From: Chiloscyllium plagiosum
Lineage: Eukaryota
Direction: 5' to 3'
Assembly: GCF_004010195.1 (NCBI RefSeq)
Contig: NC_057719.1
Coordinates: 43,079,927 to 43,099,926, forward strand
Length of the DNA: 20,000 nucleotides
Shown: one piece after another, positions 1 through 12,095 of the stretch
Layout: every line of letters begins with the position of its first letter
Position numbering within the stretch: position 1 is the first letter of the stretch
Notes under the pieces: model-generated
What the model was told of the DNA's origin: nothing
Databases searched by the model: none
Seen by the model: the letters and a program-made list of their open reading frames with translations, nothing else
Position numbers and translations under genes: made by a program

Positions 1-317
1 TTCTTTCTCCCATGTGGAGTTCCTACTGTTTCTAATTTATATAAACCAGGACAAGATCTGAACTCAAGTTTTGAACAAGCTGTTTTTAAGGAGGTTTAAG
101 GATAGAGGATTGACCAAGAAAGCTTTGTCATCTTTTGAACTATTACAACGCTGTGGTTAAGGATTTTTGCAACAGACTGGCAATATTTGAGATTTATTTG
201 GGATTAAAAGCAGTTTGGGGTCAAGTTTAGCACCAACGTTGCAACCAGTCTGATTTAACCTGTGACATTGTCAGGGACAGGGATATATAAGGCTATAGGA
301 GTCCAAGTCAGGTGATT

Positions 318-405
318 TCTCCTGACAAAGGAGCATCGCTCCAAACGTTTGCAATTTCTAATAAACCTGTTGGGTTATAACCTGGTGTCATGTAACTTCT
401 GACCA
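318..405 (+). mobile_element. Degenerate Penelope-like terminal repeat with decayed hammerhead motif
   Basis: CTGACAA-A-GGAGC-ATC-GCTCC-AAAC followed by AATAAACCTGTTGGGTTATAACCTGGTG; homologous to the reverse complement of 17186-17270. Confidence 0.7.
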
Positions 406-817
406 TATGCCAAAATATGCTCAAGTCTGCTTCATGGACTTGAAGAAACCAAGCTGTACCATCTGGTTCATCTAAAGAGATTGGTTTATTCTCAATCACA
501 CACCAGCTTTGGAAATTGCAGCACCTGACACCATTTTTCTGCAACTCAACCTCTTTCCCAAGTATGAAAGCAATAGAAGGGCCAACATTTTCCTAATTTA
601 ACCGAATGCCCCAAACTTGGATTAGTCATCACATTGTAATTTTTCTCAGTGAAGATTTATTTGGGCCCACAATGCTCCATGAGATTTGCCATGGCATAAG
701 CCATGTGGCAAGAGAATTGAGTTGTGATATCCTCTCTGATTATACTTAGACATTGTTAGCCAACTTTACTGTTTTAGATGTAGTGTAGAATCTTCTCTAG
801 TTGGATAGTTATTAATT

Positions 818-1410
818 GAAACAAAAGCAAAGTATTGTTGATGCTGTAGATTTTTAAAAATTCATTCACAGAGTGTGGATGTCACTGGCTAGGCCAGCAT
901 TTGTTGTCCATTACTACATACTTAGAGGGAAGTTAAGAATCACCCATGTTGCTGCGGGTCTGCAGCCATAATTAGGCTAGGCTGGGAAAATTGGTTATCA
1001 TCTCTGAAGGACATTAATGAGCCAGATGGGTTTTTCCTGACAGTCAACACTGGTTTTGTGGTTGTCATTAGATTCTTAATTCCAGATACGTTTTTGTTTA
1101 AATTCCATTTCTATTCCATTATCTGCCATTTCAAACCTGGATCCCCAGAACATGACCTGTGTCTCTGGATTAATGGTCCAGTGTTTAATACTACTCGGTC
1201 ATCAGAATTAAAAACCAGAAAATGCTGGAAAAACTCAGCAGGTACGGCAGAATCTGCAGAGAGTGAGAGAGAGAGAGAGAGACGCAGAGTTAATATTTTG
1301 TTTCCAATATGATGACACTGGCAGTTCTTAAAAAGAGTTAAACTGGACTCAACTTTAACTCTGTCCACAGATATTGCCAGGTCTGAGTTTCCTCAGTATT
1401 TAGTTTTTAT
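818..1410. mobile_element. Palindromic (head-to-head) Penelope-derived terminal-repeat element, interrupted by a SINE at ~851-1202
   Basis: 1205-1293 (AAAACCAGAAAATGCTGGAAAAACTCAGCAGG...CAGAGTTAA) is an imperfect inverted repeat of 1355-1410 (TTAACTCTG...CTGAGTTTCCTCAGTATTTAGTTTTTATT); 818-850 plus the left arm resembles the HHR element at 16958-17094. Confidence 0.6.
851..1202 (-). mobile_element. tRNA-derived SINE (Meta-domain-like core)
   Basis: Minus strand: A-box-like TGACCGAGTAG, B-box-like GGTTTGAAA, core AAAACCCATCTGGCTCATTAATGTCCTT; 3' tail shared with LINE end at ~2935-2995. Confidence 0.7.
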
Positions 1411-2007
1411 TGTAGCTATAAATTTGTTCAAATCTCACTTATTCCAGCGATGGAATTAAAGATGTCACTGAAAATCAAGTTACATAAATAATGTTGACCT
1501 TCTGCACTGGGCAAACTATCATTCTTCCAGAGACATTTCCTGATAATTATACAGAAGGAAATGCTTCTGATGTGGTTAACAGCAGTGCCTATACAAATAA
1601 AAAAAACTGCTAAAAGTCTTCTAATCTTCATAAATTGTTGGGTCAGAGTAACTTCTCCCTTGTAAATCTGTCAGCAGTCATGTTGAGGAAGTGTGTTCAT
1701 TGCTAAAGTTCAGTTGGAATTGGCTACTGATGGTGGAAGATATTTTTGGTTGCATTGCCAAGTTCTTGGGTTAAAGATTGGAAGGTAATAAAGATAAGAT
1801 GTAATTTGGCCTGAAAGCTGAAAGTATTATACCACTACAAAAGTAAATACCAGTTTGTAAGAGAATATGGAAAAGTTAGCAATGAAAAAAAACATGAGAT
1901 AATTGTTTAAAAACACTGTACCTCTCATTGTTTCCATTAAAAGCACAGGACTGTGTGTGTGTGTGTGTCTTATGAGTGTGCACGCATGAGAGCAGAGCCA
2001 CAATTTA

Positions 2008-2360
2008 GGCAGCTCAGTGGTTAGCACTGCTGCCTCTCAGCACCAGGTTCCAGGGTTCGATCAGAGCCTCCCGTGACTGTCGTCTGTGTTCAGTTTGCAC
2101 GTTCTTCCCATATTTGCATGGGATTCCTTCAGGTGCTCCGGTTTCCTCCCCCAGTCCAAAGACGCCCAGTTCATGTGGATTGGCCATTCGAAATTGCCCA
2201 TAGTGTCCAGGGATATGCAGGCTAGGTATGTTAGCTATGAAGAATGTAAGTTTATAGCGATAGGGTAGAGGGGTGAGTTTGATTGGGATGCTGTTCGGGA
2301 AGGTCGATGTGGACTTGATGGGCTAAATAGCTCACTTTCACACTAGGGATTTTATGCATT
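2008..2360 (+). mobile_element. V-SINE (HE1-like)
   Basis: tRNA head GCTCAGTGGTTAGCACTGCTGCC...GGTTCGATC, V-domain GGTGCTCCGGTTTCCTCCC..TCCAAAGA, CR1-type tail; homologous to three other copies in the window. Confidence 0.9.
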
Positions 2361-2931
2361 CTCCTAATTGTTTTTAGAAACAATTTGCAGCAAATGGCTG
2401 TGTCCAACTGATCAATGATTTATATAAGGTGAAAGCCTTCATTTCGTTTAAGTGTCACATTTCTGGACTTTAGTTCAAGATGTTTTGGGCCACACCTGTA
2501 GGCAGATCTTGTATTCCCTGTAATTGGGAATATGCCCATACATGCCTCATGTCTAGATCATTGTTCCTTGAATATTCAAATCATAATACTGAATTCTTGT
2601 CATACCAACTATTGGATTCTCCTCTTCACACCACCTAGGCTGAATATACACTTGTTACTAAGACTGAACTCCAGCTGTGACAGAAGAGAATTTTCTGCAC
2701 TTAAAGTAGTACCAATTATTTACCAGTCCCAGAAATAATCTCTATGACATAAACAATCTACTTGCATTGTAGAACAGATTGCCACTTAGAGTATTGGATT
2801 GGTTAACACCAGTTGACAAAGTAATTTTCTTTCAAAAGCTCTTGTTGAGAAAGAAAACCCTGCCTGGGTGACACATATTCTGTGCATTTCATTGCGAGAT
2901 GCTGATGCCTCTTGCTGTCTCTCTTTCTGTT

Positions 2932-3160
2932 TTTTTTTAATTATTCAGGGATGTTGGCTTCACTGGCTGGGCTAGTAGTTTTTTCACATCCCTAATTATC
3001 CTCGAGGAGATGGTGATGAGTTGCCTTCTTTAACTTCTGCAGTCCATTTACTGTATTCATACTTCCTGTGTTGCTGAGTGAGAGTTTCAGGATTTTGACG
3101 GAATGGGATCTCGTTCCAAGCTGAGACAGTGAGTAGCTTGGAGTGCAATGTGCCTTGTAG
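2932..3160 (-). mobile_element. 3' end fragment of an old LINE (CR1/L2 group), probable partner of the SINE at 851-1202
   Basis: T-run then tail shared with the SINE (TCACTGGCT.GGC.AG); GAGAGTTTCAGGATTTTGAC also occurs at 7184-7203. Confidence 0.6.
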
Positions 3161-3194
3161 GTTACAGAAGATTAGCATTAAACATCAAGGCAAA

Positions 3195-3407
3195 GATAGT
3201 CCTTGGACAGTTTGCGCTGCAGAGGGTGATGCCAACAGCATGAATTCAGTTGCACACCAGTTGAGGTTACTATGAGGGGCTCTCCTTCTCAGCCTCTCCC
3301 CTCACCTAAGGCATGGTCACCCGCAAGTTAAACCACCACCGGCTGGGTCTGTTGAATGAGAATGCATCTATTCTAATCTGTTGTTACTATGGCAATTTTA
3401 CCTTTTA
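3195..3407 (+). mobile_element. Degenerate tRNA-derived SINE-like repeat
   Basis: Decayed B-box-like region (GCATGAATTCAGTT) after GATGCCAACAGC, and a CTATGGCAATTTTACCTTTT terminus; recalled as a shark repeat, not verified. Confidence 0.45.
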
Positions 3408-3894
3408 ATAAGGTAAACTGATATTCATTATTAGCATTAACCATCAAAGCGCTGCTTCTGCCATGATCATGAGTGGGGAGAGAGAACATATTCTTTTCAA
3501 TTTGAAACACGTATAGTGTTCTCTCTTTCCAAGATTGTCAGGAAAGTACCTTATTTGTAAATAAGTTGTAAATATTATAATAGGATTTTCAATCCTGCTG
3601 GCTGCAATTATTTTACACCGATTCTTGCTATCAGTTTCATTCAATTTGCATAGCAATTTGATATGCCACTTTGAAATGAAAAGGTTACCGCTGACAGCAA
3701 TCATACCCCTGCAATGAAACATTTACAGATCTGTACTTCACGGGAAATTCTGAGAAAATTGTGAGTAGAAACTTACATTCTTCATAAATTTAAATATTTA
3801 TTCTCTCTTTACTTGCACTGTCATGGGAGGAATAGCGTTTGGTTTCTGATGGTAAATTTGTCTTCTGCAACCTACATGCTCGAGCAAGAGACCG

Positions 3895-3912
3895 AAGAGA
3901 GAGAGAGAGAGA
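3895..3912. repeat. (GA)n microsatellite
   Basis: Direct reading; similar short tracts at 1258-1281 (GA) and 1952-1968 (GT). Confidence 0.9.
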
Positions 3913-4159
3913 GCCAACAGCAACTCGCAACGAAACAAACACATGCACTAACAAACAGCCCAGACTTGGAGAGGGAGGGGGAAGGGCAATTTAATATTAA
4001 CATGCAGATGCTGTTCAACCTTCCACCTGCCTGGTTGTGAGAGAGCAACGAATCCCAGTGAGACTGTAGTATTTTGAACTGAATATGAAACACAAGGTGT
4101 AACTGGCACAAGTTTGAAACTGCCATTCAACGTCCCAGCATTGGTTCAACGGTTCCAAG

Positions 4160-5025
4160 AATCTTGAGAAAAATTACAGCACAAAGAAGCTATTCAGACT
4201 GTCATGTCTGCGCCGGCTGAGTAAACTAGCCATCCATTCTAAACGAACTTTGTTGCACCCAACCTTGCAGGTTTTAGCAGTTCAGGTGCAAATGAGGTGA
4301 GAATTTCTATCTCAAACATCAAACTGGGCAGTGAATTTCAGACACTCAACCATCCCTGGGTGAAAGCAACTTTTTTCATGATACCTCTAAACTGTCCATT
4401 AATTGCCTTAAATCTGTTCCCCCTAGTGACTGACCTCTCCACTAGCGAAAATAAGTCTTCTTTGTCCACTCAATCCAAACCTGTCACTATTTTGAGCACT
4501 TCACTTAAGTGTCCTTCAGCTTACACTTGTCCTGGAGAAAACAACCACAACAATCAAATCTTTCCTCATATCTTTAATTTTCAATCCTGGCAAAATGTTT
4601 ATAAGTCCCTTCTGTACTGTCTCATGCAGTTATATCATCCTTGTAAGGTGGTGATAAGGACTGTGCATAACATTGTACCTGTGACCTAAGCAGTGTCTTG
4701 TATAGTTACAACATTTAGCCAGGCTTTTGTATTTAATACCTTGCCTAACGAAGTGAAGTATTCCATATGCCACCTTTGCTACCTTTTATCTATCTGTTCT
4801 GCTACCTACAGGGATCTCTGGTCATCCACTCAAATGTCTCAATTTCCTTTATCCCCTTAATACCCTTCCACTTATTCTCTGCTCCCTTGCTTGGTTTGCC
4901 GTTCCCAAATATATAACTTCTCACTTCCCATGATTAAATTCAATTTGTCATTTCCTGCCCACTCAATCCAACTATTAATGATATTTTGGGTTCAGCAGCC
5001 ATCCTCTTCACCATCAATGACACAG
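4160..5025 (-). mobile_element. Old degenerate CR1 LINE 3' fragment
   Basis: Colinear similarity with the CR1 copies at 5178-6398 and 16358-17150 (e.g. 4730-4830 vs 5755-5850); no open frame. Confidence 0.7.
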
Positions 5026-5177
5026 CATGCTATACGGTTTCCATATCCCAGGTGGGGAGTCTGAGTCTGTACCCAGCTAAAAACAAAATAGTTAGGGCAA
5101 CTGATGTTTCTGAATTTCTGAGTTAGAGTCCTCCGGTTACTCTGTATGTATGGAGGCAACCTTTCTTTGAGATTATT

Positions 5178-6398
5178 TAGAGTAATGAGTCCTAGAGATA
5201 TACATCAGGGAAACAGATCTTCAGTCCAACTCATCCATGCTGACCAGATATCCTGAATAAATCTAGTCCTGTTTGCCAGCATTTGACCCATATCCCTCTA
5301 AATCCTTCCAATTCACATACCCATCCAGATGCCTTTTAAATGTTGCAGTTGTACCAGTCTCCACCATTTCCTCTGGCAGCTCATTCCATACTCTTTTTGC
5401 CTCTTTTAAATCTTTCCCCTCTCACCTTAAACCTATGCCTTGTAGTTTTGGACTGTCCCACCTCAAGGAAAAGTCCTTTATCTTTTTATCCTATCCATGT
5501 CCCTCATGATTTTATAAACCTCTGTACAGTCACCCCTCAGACTCCAAAGCATCAGGGAAAATAGCCACAGCCTATTCAGCTTCTCCCTATAGCTCAAATT
5601 CTCCAACTTGGTGACATCCTTGTAAACCTTTTCTGAATGCTTTCAAGTTGTACAAGTCCTTCTTATAGCAGGGAGACCAGAATTACATGCAGTATTCCAA
5701 AAGTGGACTACCCAATGTTCTGTACAGCCACAACATGACCTCCCAACTCCTATACCCAGTGCACTGACCAATAAAGGAAAGCATACCAAACACCGCCTTC
5801 ACTATCCTATCTACCTGCGACTCCACTTTCAAGGAGATATTAACTTGCACTCTAAGGTGTCTTTGTTCCGCAACACTCCCCAGGACCTTGCCACTAAATG
5901 TATAAGTCCTGCCTCCATATATGTTTCCAAACTGCAGCACCTCAATTATCTAAATTAAGCTCCATTTACCACCTCTCAACTCATTGGCCCATCTGATCAA
6001 GATCCCATTATACTCTGAGGTAACCTTCTTTGCTGTCCACTACACCTCTAATGTTGCTGTCATCTGCAAACTTACTAGCCATACCTCCTATGTTCATATC
6101 CAAATCATTTATACAAATGATGACCAGTAGTGAACCCAGCACTGATCCTTGTGGCACACCTGTGGTCACAGGCCTCCAGACTGAAAAGCAACACTCCATC
6201 ACCACCCTCTGTCTTCTACCCTTAAGCCAGTTTTGTGTCCAAATGGCTAGTGTTCTCTCTATTCCATGTGATCTAATCTTGTTAATCAGTCTACCATGAC
6301 GAACCTTGTCAAACGCCTTACTGAAGTCCATATAGATCTGCCTTCATCAGTTCCACTTAATACTACTTCAAAACACTCAGTCAAGTTCATGATATTAT
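5178..6398 (-). mobile_element. 5'-truncated CR1 LINE (HER1-like), disrupted RT domain plus 3' UTR
   Basis: ORFs 6008-6331 (MDFSKAFDKV...GVPQGSVLG...KFADD) and 5683-5940 (CR1 ORF2 C-terminal region); decayed 8-nt tail repeat near 5178-5196. Confidence 0.95.
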
Positions 6399-7139
6399 TT
6401 CATGAAGTAATCTACTGCAAATTTTTGCCCTACCTTTGATTTTTCATAGCCTGTTTGTAAAGTTTTGACAGCAGTTTTGCCTGCCCCTCTGTTACACAAA
6501 AGCTTTTCTCCTAAAAGATACCTGTAAACATGTAGAAAGCTAACTGATATGAATACATTTCTCAGTATTGGGGATACGTAGCCATCCATCAATATTGAAA
6601 GCTTTTAGTAATACGTTTGCTGTTGAATGTGAAAGATGTAATTCATCAATGCCAAAGACTTCCTATTCGTGTTGTGTGATTGATTCACCAAATAAGGCAC
6701 TTGGTGAGGGGTTGGTGGGAGGGATAGATAATGAAGCTTGGATGTAAAGTTGTGAAATAGAAATTGAGAATCATTTAAAGTGTATACGCAAAGGTGAGGG
6801 TAGTGAATAGAGCAAATAAGACTTGCAATGGAGGAGATGGAGAAATCCTGAGAGACATGAACAAAGTTAAAGTTAATGAGAAGTATGTACAGATGTGAAA
6901 CAAGATAAATCTACAATAAAATATGAATGCAAAAAGCAACACATGCCAAAACTGGAGGTTGTAGTGGTAAAAATGAATGGCAATGGATTGCAAATGTCAT
7001 AACTCTATATTCTAGAAAGTGGAAATGAATTTCATATTCGACATAATTTTTAAATTCATTTTCTGGATCAGGTGCTACGAGTAAAGCAAGCACTTCATTA
7101 TCCCCTGAAAACATGTTGAGAAGAGCTAATAATGAACGA

Positions 7140-8040
7140 TTATGGACAATGTCACAAAGGTAGTTGAACAGAACTGTTAGGTTGAGAGTTTCAGGATTTT
7201 GACCCAATGGTCCTGAGAGTCTGACCAGGTGTCTGCTATTGTGGGTATTGTACTTAACAATCAGCGTAGGTCGGCGAAGGATGGAGTGGATGATTAAGCA
7301 CATGATGTGGTGTCAGGCTGTGGATAGTGTAGAGCATCTCATGCTGCAGTACCCAACCAGAAAAGTGAAGAGTGTCCCATAATACTTTTAATGTATAGAG
7401 GATGGTCCTTGCTGAGTACCTATGTGCCATAAATGTCATTTAACACTCACCACACCTCGCCTGAACATTATCCAAGTCTTTCTGCACATAGGGATGCCTC
7501 ATTACTGAATGAACTGAGAATGGAATTGAGTATTTGAGTACAATCATGAGTAAACATTCCCACTACAGGCCTTCGGATGGAGGAGGATAATTTGATGAGA
7601 CAGTTAAAGAGAATTTAGTGTGAACAAATACTGCAGCAATATCCATGGGTTGAGTTGATTAACTTTCAAGAATCAGAATTATACTATAGTTGGGGCTACA
7701 ATCTATCTAATGTTACTTTGTTGTCAAGGACAGTCATTTCCCCAATACCACTGAAAAATCAAGTCTTATGTCTATGTTCGGATCAAAGCTGTCGTTCCAC
7801 GGGATCCTTACAAACCCAAAGTGGTATTGCCAAATGCTACTTGCTAATATTATTGATGACTTATCCCATCATCTTACTGATGATTAAGAGAATCAAATCC
7901 TACAGCACAAAAATTAGGCCATTTGGCTCCTCTTGTTTTATGGTGGCTTTTTGTAAGAGCTGTCCACTTAAAAGTATCAGATATTAGATAATGACTTTCT
8001 ATTATTGGCAATAATGGTAAGTGACTTTTATGCCTGGTTT
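7140..8040 (-). mobile_element. Highly degenerate LINE remnant, same family as 2932-3160
   Basis: Exact 20-mer GAGAGTTTCAGGATTTTGAC shared with 3079-3098; extent is approximate. Confidence 0.5.
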
Positions 8041-8075
8041 AATAATGATCTAATTGATCTAACAACTCAGCCATA

Positions 8076-8395
8076 GAGCCCGGGTGTCCTTGGAGAAGGA
8101 GCACGCGGTGTCCACCAACACCCTGGAGTTGTTCAGGGAGAGGTGGGTGCCGCAGGGAGTGGAGTGCATTATTTCCCCCTCCAACTCTATTTTGATTTAG
8201 TCCCTGCCCTCCCCTTCACTGTTTGATCACACAGCATTGCCCTTTGATGTGAAGGGCACTGCTTGTCACTGGCCACTGGGGTATTTTCCTATCTTCCTGG
8301 TGATGGAAATTTGAATAAAGATTCATACACCTTGTGTCTCTCACTGTGTCTCATACCTGCACAAAAACAAATTTTAAAAAATAAAAAAAAACGAC
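8076..8395 (+). mobile_element. Young 5'-truncated Tx1/L1-clade non-LTR retrotransposon 3' end
   Basis: Open frame ARVSLEKEHAVSTNTLELFRERWVPQGVECIISPSNSILI* (stop at 8198-8200; F..RW C-terminal motif), AATAAA, A-rich tail, TSD CAACTCAGCCATA at 8063-8075 and 8396-8408. Confidence 0.8.
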
Positions 8396-8429
8396 CAACT
8401 CAGCCATACAGCTGTGAGGAAAGTTCTAA

Positions 8430-8930
8430 TTGATCACAGGCCATTTCGCTTATTGAACCTGTCCATTGGTCAAGAAGATGATTATTCTTCTCAGTTCCAC
8501 CTTACACATTATAATCATTTACCTCATTATTTAAAAATCTGTTGGTCTCTGACTTGACTACCACTGAGCATCCACAGGTCCTGGCAATGGACAGTGTGAA
8601 ATTTTGGAATTCAGAGAAATAAAAATCTAAACCTTTTTTTCCTAAATAGCTGACTGCTTAGCCTAAGGCTATGGGCCCTAGGTTTAGAATTCCTGATTGG
8701 GGAAGCCTTTTAACATCTGTCCTGGGAAGCACTTTTACAAAAATGTTTCAATAAGATGTGTCATTCTTCTCAGCTCAATAGGAGTATGGATACCTGGTTT
8801 ACTCAGTCTCTCCTCTTAGGACAGTCGCATCTTTCACCAATCTGTCCATTTGCGGCTCTTTGCCACTAATCTCCCTTCAACTGGAGATCTACACTTCCAG
8901 TATTTATCATTGCCGAGTCCTTTCAATGGA
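8430..8930 (-). mobile_element. Very old CR1-like 3' fragment
   Basis: Patchy similarity to the other CR1 3' ends (AGGCCATT...; GTTTCAATAAGAT..TCATTCTTCT). Confidence 0.45.
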
Positions 8931-9054
8931 AAGATTGCCAGAAATCATGACACGTGACTGAACCAACTTGTTGAATTTTAATTTGACGATGCTCCTGTAA
9001 AGTGATATGGGACATTTTTACTAAAAAAAAGGCACTAAATAAATGCAGTATTTT

Positions 9055-9690
9055 CTTTGTATGTGGCACAATGAGCACAGAAAAACATTTCAAAGTACTT
9101 CAGTGGCTGAGCCAAAAATGAAATTTTAGTTCCGTAACCTTGGGTGAAAGAAATGGGTTTTAAGGAGGACATTTCGGAGGAATAGGAGGCAAAAAAGGTA
9201 AAGGAGAATTATTAGAGGCAGTGGAAGAGTTGGGAATCATCGTAGCTCAGCAAGGGCCAGGATGTGTCCAATGAGGCGTGCTGAAGGACAGACCATTTGC
9301 ATCATAGTTTCAGATAAGCTGAGGTTTAAGGGAAATGGCACATTTCGGTGAGAATTGAAATATTTGAGTTTAGAGACAGCAGACACGTGAATGGTAATGT
9401 CAGTTAATGGACTTGGAGATATGAATGAATGCAGAAAATAATATGGAATGGAATCTGAAGTTCGGCATGAATTTGTTTTTAACCAAAGTAATTTATACAA
9501 TCTGGTTCAGCTTGATGGTGGGTAAGAGAGAAACCCTCCAAATGCTCATTTGGAAGATACTGTAGCTTATTGAAGATGGAATGTCAGATAAGCTGATTTA
9601 ATTACATAGAGGAAGTTGAAAAGGTCAGGGAAGTTGACAGGAAGGGAGAGCTAAGCTTCATCAGCGTACATCTAGAGGTTGATGGAAAGC
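9055..9690 (-). mobile_element. Degenerate L2-like LINE remnant (RT to 3' end)
   Basis: Reverse complement of ~9657-9672 gives ATGTACGCTGATGA (MYAD[D] RT motif); L2-type 3' end near 9060-9180; an oppositely oriented L2-type tail at ~8996-9050. Confidence 0.55.
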
Positions 9691-9784
9691 AATTAAAATG
9701 AGCTTTTCTAATCCATAATTATCTTGAAATCTTGTAAAGTGAAACTTCAAAGAATATTTCATCTGCACTGTCTTAATTCTTTAG

Positions 9785-9936
9785 GCTGATACAAGGAGTC
9801 TCTTGGAAAACATTCTTCAGAATTCCTTCCCGTCTGAACCCATTAAATGTTCCTTTGAAGACATCCCAACACTTGAGAAGGTTCTCAAGATAAATGGAGA
9901 AGAAAATGATGCTTATAAAGCAAACACATTAACCAG
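9785..9936 (+). CDS. Internal coding exon (152 nt, phase 0 to 2) of an unidentified host gene: ADTRSLLENILQNSFPSEPIKCSFEDIPTLEKVLKINGEENDAYKANTLT(R/S)
   Basis: Pyrimidine-rich acceptor CTGTCTTAATTCTTTAG|G, donor CAG|GTAATG, only one of three frames is open throughout, non-repetitive context. Confidence 0.75.
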
Positions 9937-10423
9937 GTAATGGATAATATTACAGCAAATGTGTTATATTAAAGCAACTGTGAAGCAAAATTTTGTAGCT
10001 TCAGCATCTCCGAAATAGATAGTACACTTTTATATAAACTTGGCTTAATTTTAGCAGGTACACTAACCACTGAAAATCTTGTTTTATCAACTACGTAGTT
10101 TAGGTGATAACTCTGGCACAAACTGATATCTCATCAAGTGACCGTAAAAAGTAAGCGACAGGAATTACTATCCAAAGATGGTAAAGCCTGGTGTGAACAA
10201 GTCTCACAGAAACAAAATTCATAACTGAATGGGAAGCTCAATGGGTAAATGTCTCCTTCTGTGCTGTGCTGTACTGTTCTGTTGCTCTTTCTGGGTCACA
10301 AAAAATATTCTAATTTGGATTTTTTTCTGTAACTGAAGCCAACTTCTTGGCTACTTCGAAAGTTTTCTGGATAGGAAAAATTGTACTACAGGAGTCTGCT
10401 ATATTTGCCAATCAATCTGTTCA

Positions 10424-10676
10424 GAGATGTTGTTAGGCACATCTCTAGAGCAGAAATGACTTGAGTCTGGAACTCCTGCTTCAGAGATAGGGACATTACC
10501 ACTGCACCACAGAAGCCTTTTAGTACAGAAGTGCTGACATATATTTACGATCTGGGGTCACTTGCCTAACTGAGATATTTTCCACTCATTATTATGCACC
10601 CCTCTGGAGCAGGTCAGATTTGCACACAAGCTTCCTAGTTCAGAGGTAGGGACACTGCTGCTGCATACCAAGAGCT
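10424..10676 (-). mobile_element. Two short degenerate tRNA-like SINE heads (~10424-10517 and ~10590-10676)
   Basis: Both contain TTCAGAG.TAGGGACA; minus strand shows A-box TGGTGCAGTGGT and a decayed B-box. Confidence 0.6.
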
Positions 10677-10771
10677 TTTAATAGCTTTAATCACTTTCCG
10701 TAATCATTTTGAATCAACCAGTTCAGATATGGAATAAGGCATTGTCAGTGCAGTTGAGATTCTAACCGAGC

Positions 10772-12095
10772 TTTTTAATTGATTGATTTATTGTCATGTG
10801 TACCGAAGTACAGTGAAAAGCTATGTTTACGAGCAGTACAGGCAGATCATAGTAAGTAAGGATGTACAGCTCAAAAAGACTTAGACAGTGGTGTACAGGT
10901 TACATTGCATGGGGTGTGGGCTCGGCAAGCTCAGCATTATTTGAGGCTAGACAGTCCATTCATCAGCCGAATAACAGCCGAGAATAAGCTGTTCTTGGAC
11001 CTGCTGGTGCATGTGTTCAGGCTTCTGTCTCTTCTGCTTGCTGGAAGTAGTTGTACGAGAGCATTGCTGAGATGCGAAAGGTCTTTGATGTTGGCAGCCT
11101 TTCTGCAGCACTGAGCCCTATAAATGGAGTCCACGGATGGAAAATTGGCTTCCATGATTGCTATACAGTTACGCACCCAGACAATATGCTCTCCATGCTG
11201 CATCTGTAGGAGTTGGTGAGGATCCTTATGGACATGCCAAATTTCCTGAGCTACCCGAGGAAGAAGAGGCCTCCTTGTGCCTTTTTGACTGTTGCATCTA
11301 CATGGAAATTCCAGGACAGGTTGTCAGTTATCATCATTCCAAGGAACTTAATGTTCTCCACCCTCTCAACCTCCGTTCCATTGATGTAGATGGGGTGTGT
11401 TCGCCTCCTTTCTTTCTGAAGTCAATGATCAGTTCTTCAGTGTTGTTGACATTGAGAGAGAGGTTGTTCTCATTGCATTACATCACCAAGCCCTCTATCT
11501 CCCTTCTGTATTTTGACTCGTCATTGTTAGATATTAGTCCCACCATGGTGGTATTGTTAGCAAACTTGTAGATGGCATTCATCTGGAATTTGGCAACACA
11601 TCATGGGTGTACAGAGAGTACAGTTGGGGGAGAGGGTGGGCTGAGGATGCACCTTTTGAGGATCTCCAGTATTGAGTATTATTGTGGAGGAGGTGCTGTT
11701 GTCTATCTTCATTGATTGCAGTATGTGGGTCAGGCAGCTGAGGATCCAGTTGCAGAGGATGGAGCCAAAACCAAGGTCACAGAGTTTTGAGCTCAGTTTG
11801 GAGAGGATAATGGTGTTGAAGGCAGAGCTGTAGTCAATGAGCAGGAGCCTGACGTAGGTGTCCTTGTTGTCCAGATGTTCCAGGAATGAGTGCGGGGCTA
11901 GGTATTTGGCACATTGTGGACCTGTTACATCGGTAGGCAAATTTTAGGGGATTGAAGCAGGCTAGAGTTGATGTGGGCCCTAACCAGCTTCTCTAAGCAC
12001 TTCGTGATTATTGAGGCCAGAGCTGCTGGGTGATAGCCATTAAGGCACATTGCAGATGCTTTCTTAACTCCAGGAGTGATCAGACAGGGAGACTA
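10772..12095 (-). mobile_element. Rex1/Babar-type LINE, 5'-truncated, frameshifted RT plus 3' end
   Basis: ORF 11557-11940 [24 protein letters not shown]...CNWIL...LNTG.PQ typical of Rex1 RT; ORF 10937-11203 is C-terminal region; (TCAA)n-type tail at ~10777-10786. Confidence 0.9.

Noticed and set aside
1675..1784. AG...GTAATA-bounded exon candidate
   Set aside because: Stop codons in all three frames and a weak acceptor
3813..4130. Overlapping short ORFs
   Set aside because: Built around a (GA)n tract; no recognisable protein or splice support
10424..10676. tRNA genes here or at the V-SINE heads
   Set aside because: Only decayed A/B boxes, no cloverleaf; these are SINE heads
11158..11571. 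137-aa + strand ORF, and similar ORFs at 4297-4689 and 6030-6299
   Set aside because: Antisense shadows of LINE sequence
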